A DNA stretch of 63,719 bases, filler included, from Thraustochytrium aureum (taxonomy: Eukaryota), in assembly GCA_012862495.1 (NCBI GenBank). It is 7 parts of 3 records of this genome, joined end to end, with 100 filler letters (N's around TTAATTAATTAA, not from the genome) between each part and the next. Parts side by side here need not be neighbours in the genome. Positions count along the whole stretch, not along the records: positions 19,727 to 44,562 come from BLSG01000215.1; positions 44,663 to 48,246 come from BLSG01000215.1; 5 more parts are not named here. The stretch is one strand, 5' to 3'. The position numbers and the translations under genes are program-made. The notes under the pieces were generated by a model. That model was given only the letters and a program-made list of their open reading frames with translations. It did not search any database and was not told the origin of the DNA. This document shows positions 36,649 through 46,710 of this stretch, piece after piece (the stretch's first letter is position 1; every line of letters starts with the position of its first letter).

Positions 36649-38128
36649 ATGGACTTTGAACGAGTGGAGCCGCGGCAACTGCCGTCAGCGGCGCCGAACA
36701 GACGCCGCGGAGCAGGGCCGTCCAAGGAGCGACGCGCAGCGGGACGCCTCGCGAGCGGTGCAGCTGCCGTGCGGTGGGCCGCCCTCGAGGCCTGCTGGCT
36801 CGTGGTCCTCGTCGTAGGCCGCGCGTTCGTAGGGCTCATCAACGCGTGGCTCGACTACTGGGCGCCAAACTACCAGGAGCACTTTCAGCTCANNNNNNNN
36901 NNNNNNNNNNNNNNNNNNNNNNNNNNNNNNNNNNNNNNNNNNNNNNNNNNNNNNNNNNNNNNNNNNNNNNNNNNNNNNNNNNNNNNNNNNNNNNNNNNNN
37001 NNNNNNNNNNNNNNNNNNNNNNNNNNNNNNNNNNNNNNNNNNNNNNNNNNNNNNNNNNNNNNNNNNNNNNNNNNNNNNNNNNNNNNNNNNNNNNNNNNNN
37101 NNNNNNNNNNNNNNNNNNNNNNNNNNNNNNNNNNNNTGATCTGCCAAGACCGCACCCTGGCGGCGGCCCGCCCCGGCGTGGTCTACGTCCACGGCGGAGG
37201 CTGGATCGCTGCCAACTCGGCCTGCCTCCTCCATTCGGTTGCCCCCATCGCGCGCGCAGGCTTTGACCTCTATTCAATAGACTACCCGCTCGCCCCGAAG
37301 GCGCGCTTCCCAGTCCCGGTGGTGTCGGTGCTGCGCGCCATGGCCTGGGTCAAAGCGCACGAACACCACGACTGCGTGTTCTTGCTCGGGGACTCGGCGG
37401 GGGGAAACTTGGTCACCATGGCGGCGTGCTTGGTCGCGAACCGCGGCCTTCTCGCCACCTTCGCGCGCGAGATGCGCGCTCCAGAGCTGATGCAGCTCGA
37501 CCTGCCCCGCGTGGTCGCGGTGTCCTCCGTGTACGGAATCATGGACCAGAGCAGCTGGCTGCACGACCTGGACAGCATTTCTTGGCTGGAAAACAAGATC
37601 ACGCAGTTCTGCATCGCGTTTGCGTTCCGACTGTATCGGTGCCCGCAAGACAGCTTTGCGAATCGCCTCACGCTCCTGGACCTCATCGACGACGCGCCGG
37701 AGCTTCCCCCGATTCAGCTTCAGTGCGGTTCCAAGGACGTGCTGGTGTGGTCAAATCGGCGCCTTTTGAGCGAGCTTCGTCGCCGGCGCCACCCCGTGGA
37801 GGTGGACTATTGCGAGTACAATGCGCGGCACTGCTTTTTCGGGTTTCCGCCCGCTTGGCTCTCCGAATCGGGTTGGTCTGAAGGGAGCCGCCTCTGCCTC
37901 TCGCGGCTTATCAAGTTTTTCGAGCGCCATTGCGACGCGCAGGACGCGCAGTTCGGACCCGCCACGGTGGAGGTGCTCACGAGCGTCACCAAAGTGTCGC
38001 GCCAGATCCGGCACCGCGAGGCGCGGCTCGCGCAAGGCCGCACCGCCCCGCGGGTCCCTTCGGACGCCGCGCAAGTTCCCGCTGTGCTTGGACCGGTTTT
38101 GCGGCAAGGGCACGTCAAGGCCGAATAG
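36649..38128 (+). CDS. Hormone-sensitive-lipase family (GDXG) esterase/lipase with an N-terminal hydrophobic segment; internal gap
   Basis: 'VYVHGGGW', 'SIDYPLAP..RFP', 'LLGDSAGGNL', 'CGSKDVL' and 'ARHCF'. The start codon before the gap is tentative. Confidence 0.85.
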
Positions 38129-38917
38129 ACAGACAGACTGACAGACCCGTGCGGCTCCTCGAGTCGTTCTCGCCTCGGCAAGCGCGGGGGTCACCAGGCC
38201 ACCTTGGATTGTAGTCTCTCCGCACGCTCGAGNNNNNNNNNNNNNNNNNNNNNNNNNNNNNNNNNNNNNNNNNNNNNNNNNNNNNNNNNNNNNNNNNNNN
38301 NNNNNNNNNNNNNNNNNNNNNNNNNNNNNNNNNNNNNNNNNNNNNNNNNNNNNNNNNNNNNNNNNNNNNNNNNNNNNNNNNNNNNNNNNNNNNNNNNNNN
38401 NNNNNNNNNNNNNNNNNNNNNNNNNNNNNNNNNNNNNNNNNNNNNNNNNNNNNNNNNNNNNNNNNNNNNNNNNNNNNNNNNNNNNNNNNNNNNNNNNNNN
38501 NNNNNNNNNNNNNNNNNNNNNNNNNNNNNNNNNNNNNNNNNNNNNNNNNNNNNNNNNNNNNNNNNNNNNNNNNNNNNNNNNNNNNNNNNNNNNNNNNNNN
38601 NNNNNNNNNNNNNNNNNNNNNNNNNNNNNNNNNNNNNNNNNNNNNNNNNNNNNNNNNNNNNNNNNNNNNNNNNNNNNNNNNNNNNNNNNNNNNNNNNNNN
38701 NNNNNNNNNNNNNNNNNNNNNNNNNNNNNNNNNNNNNNNNNNNNNNNNNNNNNNNNAGTGAGTGCAGTCCGCCAGTCCGCTCACGCACGGACTGACTGAC
38801 GGAGTGGCCGACTGCGGCGACGGAGAAGGAGGCCGGGCAAGGCAGCGCGGAGCAGGCGGCGGCGGCGGCGGCGCGGAGCGGTGGACTGGCGCGGCGCTGC
38901 GCCTGGTGAAACGAAGG

Positions 38918-40830
38918 ATGGACTTTAACGTGATTTCGCGGCTCGAGTCGCACAGCGAGGACCTGTTCAAGCTCGGACAAAGAAGACTGCGACCCATCCG
39001 AGAAGGCGACGCGGTCGACGAAAATGAATCGCTGTCGCCGTCCGAATCGCGCAGCAGCCGCAAGGCTGGCGACAAAAAGGTGCGAGTCAAGGAGGACCGT
39101 GCGGCGGACAAGAAGAAGCACGCCGCAAGCGCGCCTGACCCGGAGCAAGAGCGGCCCGAACTGGTGACGCGCAGAGAGCCGCAGAGCAAGCCCGTGGCGT
39201 TCGACGACAGGTCGCTCCCGCCCTCGCGCAACTTGAGCTTCGGGTCCAAGGCGACCGACAACAACACCAACGACAGCCTCAGCGAGGGCTCGAGTGCATC
39301 GGACGAGGACCGCCCCGGCAGGCGGCTCTCGCAAGAGGAGGCGAAAATGGCAAAGGGGCGGCAGCCGGCCCGCCTCATGCGCAAGGCGCACTACGAGGAC
39401 CTTTGGGCCGCGATCACGCGGAACATCGGCAAGGGCTTTGTGCTGGGCTACGTCGGCAAGGTCGGCATCAACCTCCTGTACCCGATCCTCAACCTCGTGC
39501 GCGGGCGCAAGCTCGGACTCTCCCAAGAGCTCGTCCTCTTCGACGCTCGCGAATACGGCCTCTTCTGGGGCTCGATGCTCGGCATCTACAACGGGTGGAT
39601 GTTCGAGAGCAAAAAGTACGTAGCGGAATTCGACGCGCTCAAGCGCTACCGCGGCCTGGTCGCCGGGGCGCTGGCAGGGCTCTCCCTGTTCTGGGTGCCG
39701 CGAGCCAAGCGGTGGCCCATCGTGCTCTTCACGCTCGTGCGCGCTCTCGAGCTGCAGGTCAAGCTCCTGGTCCGCCGCGGCTTTCTGCCGAGCCTGCCGC
39801 ACTCGGACGTCGGGCTCATGGGCCTTGCGAGCGCGTCCATGTTGCACAGCTGGGTGCTCCACCCGGGCACGCTCGAGCGCAGCTACACAGGATTTCTCAC
39901 CAAGCAGTCCCAGGTGCCGCCCGCCGTGCGCGAGGCGCTCGCGATGATGTACACGGGCAAGCCGCTCGACATTGCCGCTCTCAACGCCGCGCGCGCCAAG
40001 ATGTCGGTCGGCGCTCGCCCGCTCACCAACCCGCTCAACTACGACACGGAGCTCGGGGCCGGCGAGATCCTCTTGCCCAACCAGTCTCTTTTCACATACG
40101 TGCCCAAGTTTTTCGCGCGCGCGATGGGGCTTGCGCTCCCGGTCTACCTCCCCGCCTTCTCGGTGCCAATCCTCATCTTCTACCCCTCCGTGCTGATCAA
40201 GCGCCCCGTCGAGACGGTCCGTCGCGTCCTCAGCGGTGTGCTACGCAGCTCCCCTCTTCCTCTCCCTGTACACGACGATGGGGTTCAACTCGGTCTCCGT
40301 CATGCGGGCCATGGGGCTCAAGTACAGCAACGTGGGCTCGTTTGGCCAGATCATCTTTGTCTTCGCCGGCATCATCTCTGGGCTCGCCACCGCGATCGAA
40401 AAAAAAGTCGCGCCGAATTGAGCTGGCCCTGTACGTTCTCAGCAAGGCCATCGAGGGCCGCTGGAACCAGCTCGTTCAATCGGGCGCGTTCAAACCGCCG
40501 CGGGACGGCGACGTTCTGGTCTTCATGTACTCGTTCGCCATCATCGCGCACGTTTACACGCGCCACTCGAGCATGTTGCGCTCCGCCTACACGGGCATAC
40601 TCTCGCGCTTCTTCGACACGGACGAGCGGCACAAGTTCTACTCGATACCGCGCATCGTAAGCAAGCAGCTGCTCGGCTCGCGCCGCAACCTGAGCCAAAG
40701 GGTCCTGGCCTCGTTGGTCGAGCGTGCCGACGACAACGAGGACGGAGGGCGGGGGAGGACCCTGACTCGGGCGCCGAATGAGCGCTCGGAGCCCCGCCCC
40801 GCCCCCCCCTCACTCAGGCCCCGAAATTGA
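38918..40830 (+). CDS. TMEM135: Transmembrane protein 135 (peroxisomal; Tim17/PMP24-like); frameshifts at ~40255 and ~40400
   Basis: 'LVAGALAGLSL', 'LFTLVRALE', 'PHSDVGLMGLASASML.SW...P.TL..SY..FL', 'ALPVYLP', 'RSS.FLSLY' and 'IEKKSRRIELALY'. Confidence 0.85.
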
Positions 40831-41308
40831 ACGGTCTAGCTAGAGGAGCTTGCCAAAGCTCAGGCTAGCCGGACGACGGGGGCCGCGCCTGCCTCGAGCG
40901 ACAACGGCGACCTTGTGCCGGTGTAGCTAAAGTAGTCTATTTCTTGATCCGAGATACACACCCGTTCCCTCTCACGTACGCTCCAGGCGCCCCTGCGCCG
41001 CCGCGCCGCAAAGCCTGCGACAGCCGCTGCGCTCGAGCGTCTTGCACTCCGAGTCGATCCGCAAGCGGCGCCGGCCTGTCGGTCCGACGCGCATCGCCCG
41101 CGCCATCGACCAACTCGAAGCGCTGCGCGGGGCAGAGCTGGAAGGGCCGCCTCTGCGGGAGGGGTCTCCGAGCCGGCCGACCAGTTGCGCGGGGCGCGGG
41201 GCCGCGAGTACCACAGGAGAGGCCGCCTTGTTTTTTGCGCCAGCCTGCCTTGGCCCTCGACCGGCCGCGACGAAATCGGGAAGGCCAGGACAAGCGGCCC
41301 AAGCAGCG

Positions 41309-42534
41309 ATGGAGTCAACGCGAGCCCTGCTGGACCAGCTGATGGGCAAAGACCGTGATGCGACCGGGAGCGGGTCCAAGGACGCGCCCAAGCGCCGGCG
41401 CTTTGACGACCCGGAGGTTGACAAGTTCTTCCTGTGCGGCTGCTCGCCGCACGAGCTGCTCGCCAACACGAAGAGCGACCTTGGCCCAAACCCGCACATC
41501 GTCGACGAGGCGTGCAAGCGCGAGTGGGACGAACTTCCCGACGAGGAGAAGGAGCGCTACCCGTATTTGTGGGACACGCTAGCCTTCCTACAGCGCCTGG
41601 TGCGCCGCTGCGACATGGCCGTCGAGCAGAAAAAGCGCAAGCGTCTCGCGCCAGAGGACCCCAAGGAGCTCGAGAGAATTGCCAATCAAGTTTGGGCTAT
41701 CGAGGACGACATGCAAGCGCTCCACGAGCAGATCGAGACGCTCGCGGCACAGGGCCTCGTTGGCCGGGCTCTCGCGATGGCGACACAAATGGAAGGACTT
41801 CGCAAACGAAAGGAGGTGCACGTCCCGGACCAGCAGCGCCAGCTCTTGGTCTGCCCCACAACGGCCAACCTTATTGCCCGCGCTGACAACGACCAGCGCC
41901 TGCGCTGCTACTTTGAAGGCCGTCTTTACCAGGGCTGGCGCGCAATCCGCGACACTTGTGCCAAGCTGGAAAACCAGCTCAGAGGCAAAGCACCGCCGCG
42001 TGGGATGCCCCTGAAATCGCGCGGGCTGGAGGATCGAGGACGGTCGCGCAGCGACAAGGAGACAGACGGCCGTTCTTCAAGCAGGAGGAGTAGGTCCCGG
42101 TCTAGGTCCCGAGACGGGCACAAACGCCGCCGCTCGCGTTCTAGATCGCCATCGCGCCGATCGAGGCGACGCCGCTCGCGGTCGCGTTCGCGTTCGCGAG
42201 ATCGAGATCGAGACCGAGACCGAGATCGAGATAGGGATAGGGATAGAGACCGCGACCGCAACCGCGACCGCCGCAGGCGCCNNNNNNNNNNNNNNNNNNN
42301 NNNNNNNNNNNNNNNNNNNNNNNNNNNNNNNNNNNNNNNNNNNNNNNNNNNNNNNNNNNNNNNNNNNNNNNNNNNNNNNNNNNNNNNNNNNNNNNNNNNN
42401 NNNNNNNNNNNNNNNNNNNNNNNNNNNNNNNNNNNNNNNNNNNNNNNNNCGAGTCGAGGCATCGGCGGAGCAAGAGCCGGGATCGAGACCGGGATCGAGA
42501 CGGCGAGAGGCGGAGGCGCCGGTCTCGGTCTTAG
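41309..42534 (+). CDS. LUC7: LUC7-like U1 snRNP splicing factor with RS/RD domain; gap inside the RS tail
   Basis: 'RALLDQLMGKDRD', 'FDDPEV..FFLCG.SPHELL.NTKSDLGP', 'DNDQRL..YFEGRLYQGW..IRD' and RS/RD repeats ending 'RRRRSRS*' at 42532-42534. Confidence 0.88.
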
Positions 42535-42716
42535 CTGCGCTCATGTCAGGCGGTCTGCAGGCAGGGTTTCTAGGTGCAAGGGGTGGGCGGGATGGGAGAG
42601 GCTCTCTTTGCTTGGCTACCTTGGACCGCGTGAGCTTCGGGCGGCGCGACGCCGACCCTTCTTTTATCTAGCTGGCAGGGTTGGGGCCGGGGCCGTCGCT
42701 GCGGGGCGGGGCCGTT

Positions 42717-44562
42717 CTATGCGAGCCAAGAACAGAGCCAGTAGTGAACAGCAAAGCACCCCAACGGGAATTCATCAGGCCGCTTCACATCGCCGCGGTA
42801 GTCGTTCGGCAGCGCGTAGAACACCAGTTGTGGGAGAACCAACGCCGACGGAAACCGCTCCCACGACCGGGCGAGGACCCTCGTGATCAGGCCAGGACCG
42901 GTCCGCGAGATCGTCTCCATCGCCGCGCTCTCTTGGGTGGCCTTACTTTGCACTGCCCTGACGCTCGCAACGTCCTCCGGTGAGAGGAACCCAGAGGAAA
43001 GGGTAAGGAAGCTCTCCAACCCGGCACCTACGGGGGGCGTACCTGGGCCCCGACCGGCGCCGCGTACGGGGGAGCCATCGGCGATCTCATTCAGTATCGA
43101 GTCGAGGACCGGGTGGCCAGCGCTGCTAAGCAGGAGGCCGTTGTTGACCTCAACGGCGCCCACGTTGGACATTCCCGCGGCGAACGAGTGGCCCGAGCGC
43201 TCTAAAACCTCGACGAGCTCGTCGAGCTTGCGAACGCACTGAAAGTCAATGTCTACGTAAACCCCACCAAAGCGCCAAAGGATCTCGTAGCGTGCAATGT
43301 CTGCCTTCTCCCCATAGTTGCAGGCCGCCTCGTACTGCTTCTTGCAGCGCAGTCCGAGGCCTTCCACGTCCTTGTCGCGCCACATGCGCATCGCCCAGCT
43401 ACTAGTGCCGCTGTGCGTCCTTGACCAGGTTTGGAGCAGCTCGGCCGCTTTGGGAATCTTGCCTTTACCCAGCCACACGTGGTGGATGACGCGCGGAATC
43501 GTCGCTCCGCGGGTTTCCCCGTCCCCGCCCGCGAGGCAGCGCTGCACCGCGCCGTTGTATCGGCTTTCTACCGCCCCAACAAAGTCGCTCTCAGCACCGC
43601 CATCGAGCCACAAGTTTTCGCGCACGATGCTCCTGCACGAGGCCGCGCCGGCCTGGTAATTTCGCGGGAGCGGCCACTCCCACGGCAACGCGAGCGCCGG
43701 AAGCGCATTGCGCATCTGGGCAAACCACGCCGACTTGAAGGGACTCGGAGGCTGGGCCCGGAGCGTCTCGGCGACGGCCCCGATTTTGTGCGCCGCCGCA
43801 AAGTTTTGCGTCACCGCCAAGGTCAAGTCCAAGTTGATGACGATGTGCCACCAGCCAGCCGGAACGTGGATGGTCTGTCCAGGCCTCTGTGTAAGCTGCA
43901 CAAGGCCCTTTGACCCAGCGATCTTCGGGAGAACCGAAGCAAACCATTCTGATACCGGTGGAGCTTCGCCTGTGTCTTCGCATTTTGCAGCCCGGAGGAT
44001 GGAAGGCTCCACGTTCGGCGGGAGGAGGACCCAGCGCTTGTGCCCGTGCAGGAGCGTGTTCCACGCGGACGTGCTGACGGGGTCAATGTGCAGCTTCGTC
44101 CCAGATCGAGCAGGCCCGACCAGGATCCACCTAAAACGCGGCCTGCCAGCGAGCGGCGCCGGAGAGGCCGGCTGCACGGCCGCGGGCAGCTCGAACAGGT
44201 CGTTGGCAAAGTAGCTCGGAACGCGGTAGGCCCGAAGAATCGCCGCCTTGACCTCTGCCGCTTTGGTCTCCGAGAGGTCTTCAAACAAATACAGAGGCGA
44301 GCTGTCGTTCTCTGCGCGCCCTCGGCAATAAGCGAGGTACTCGCGCAGCGGAAACGTCTGACCACTGTGCAGCGCAAACTCCTCCTCCCCAAACCGCGCC
44401 TCCCACTCTTCCCAGGTCCACGCGGTGCAGTCCCACGCGGCTTCGCACCCCTCGACCAGGAATGGCTTGTCAGACCCGACAAGCTCGCTCGCGCGGCGCT
44501 CCGTGTCGTCGCAGCTGGCGTCCAAGACTTGAAGCCCGCCATTTCCAGTGTCGCGCAGCCAC
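42717..44562 (-). CDS. Fusion of a JMJD6-like JmjC 2OG/Fe(II) oxygenase and a GT32 (DXD sugar-binding) glycosyltransferase; 5' partial
   Basis: One uninterrupted frame of more than 600 aa. JmjC: 'DSSPLYLFE', 'RWILVGPARSGTKLHIDPVSTSAWNTLLHGHKRWVLLPP', 'QRPGQTIHVPAGWWHIVINLDLTLAVTQNF'. GT32: 'IPRVIHHVWLG', 'NYGEKADIARYEILWRFGGVYVDIDF', 'NNGLL.S..GHP.L', 'TGPG', 'AVHYWLCSW'. Confidence 0.9.
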
Positions 44563-44662
44563 NNNNNNNNNNNNNNNNNNNNNNNNNNNNNNNNNNNNNN
44601 NNNNNNTTAATTAATTAANNNNNNNNNNNNNNNNNNNNNNNNNNNNNNNNNNNNNNNNNNNN
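44563..44662. other. Artificial scaffold linker (TTAATTAATTAA at 44607-44618)
   Basis: Same N44-12mer-N44 structure. Confidence 0.95.
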
Positions 44663-46710
44663 AGGCTCGAAGGAAGCAAGCCAATCCGTGGTCGGCATGG
44701 TCGCACTTTGCTGCGCGGTGAAACGTCCAGGCGTCAAGAAAAACAACTAGCGCCGTCACAGCAACATGTAACAATGCAACGGTAACAACGGTATTTGGTT
44801 AGGCTGAGGCCGGTCGATCGGCGTTTCGGACTTTCCTCGCGCAAGGTAGATTGTGAAAAGTTCACTTGCCCGACCGATGATCCTGCGGTGGTCATCAACC
44901 TTCCGCAGGTTTGGACGTGGCCAACTTCCAACGGGCGCGTAGTGCTTCGGATTCAACAACCGAGAATCATGAAGAGCAAGTACTTGTTTGTTCTCCACTT
45001 CTCTTTGCCCGATGCATGTCTTTGCGAATCGACCGGCACGGTCGGCTCTGGTTTGCTTGCAGCACGACACTCCGACCCAGCCTCGTCGACGTCGCTCATA
45101 GCTGCATTCTTTATTCCAAGAGCGTTCGCGTAGCGCGGCTGCACACGCCCTGCCAGTCCTGTGAGCATTCGGGACCCATTTGGAGAGCTAAAGATCGACA
45201 AAGTCGTATTCGTCCCGCAAAGCCGATGCGCGCTTGACTCTCGCCCAACGTTATGTTCATCAACCTGGGGGAGCTGACGGGATGCAGCTTGACCCACTCA
45301 TCAAGCACCCGCTTGCGCTTTTCGTTCCTCTCGATCCGTTTGGCCATGGCGCCCGCCTCTCCGCCGCAGGGTCCACCTGCGCAAAGTCGTCGCTAAACCA
45401 AACTACGACCGCCGCATGCTTCGAATAGGAGCGAAGGACAGCAACGTGTACGACTCGCGCATTTGCCGTCGGCTCTTCGTCTTTGTCGAGGACACCGGCC
45501 GCTTGGCAAGATGCGTGGCCCAGCTACAGCCAATGCTGGCTTCACCAGTTCGTATGGCATACCTTGTCCTGAAGAAGATGGCTGCAGTCGAGGCGCCTTC
45601 GATGGCCGAGAGGTCATTCGTGCTCGGTAACCTTCTGCAGCGCGGCGGCTCCGTCCCTGATAAACGGATTGATTAGGTGCAGGACGACTGGGTTCCACTC
45701 GACGGCGGAATACCTGCGATCTGACCACGGCGCGCCCGCTCCGCCTGGAATACCAGCAAAGACGAGCGTGGCAGCGGCAGGTGCTGAGACTCCTGCGAGG
45801 CGCAACCTCGAAGCGCAACGAACGCGATCTGGCCTGACTGCGAGTAGCCGAGCGGTGCAGTTGACGATGGAGTTCCGGCAAGCGCTACATAAGCCGTTCT
45901 TGCAGTCTGTTTCCAAGCAGACCAGACGCGGCCACGGCCGAGTCGCGATAGCGGCTGCATCACGCCTGGGGGAGCAAGAAAAGGCCAACAACGTCCGCAC
46001 TGGCTGTGCTGTCTTGTACGTCGCGCGGGAGGCGAAGCCACTCGCTGTAGGTAAACTGCTCGCGTCCAGAGAGGAGTAGGCCATGATGCTCCAAATGACA
46101 CGTCTGCCGGACAAACCCACGATTCCTGCGAGAGCTGCACGCGTGCAAGCCCTGCAGAACACGCAAGCCCATTGCACTTCGCGGGCCAGCCACCATCATG
46201 ATCATCATGGCACTCACTGAGTCATGGCACTGCGCCACGCACTGGCGGCAGTGCCATCATGATGATCCGAGTCAGTCCAATCAAAGGCTGAAGAGGCTCC
46301 AGAAAGAAAACTGCGATCTGACCGCCCCGCCTCTCGGTGCACTGCGCGGCCAAACCGCATCGGAGATACCACGAGAGGCGCGATGGCGACGACGCCCAGG
46401 GCCCCACGCGTGTGCGTTTTTTCGTCGACAATTGCCCAACCACCGCCGCCATCCCCCAGTGCAAACCCTCGACACCGCACGCTGGACAGGACTGGCACGG
46501 CCGCCGAGCCCGAGCGTCGCGCACCGGTGGCGAGCACGGCACAACCTGAGCGGCCTGCTTGGAGCCGCTGGCAGTAGCAAGCCGCGCCTCCAGCCGAAAG
46601 GCGAGTTGTTGCGCAATCGCGACAGCGCCCTCGAAGGCGCCCGCGACGACAGTCCCAGCGCGCCCAGCACCGCGCGTACGCGAGTGCGAGCGGGGAATAG
46701 AGCCCTGGGC

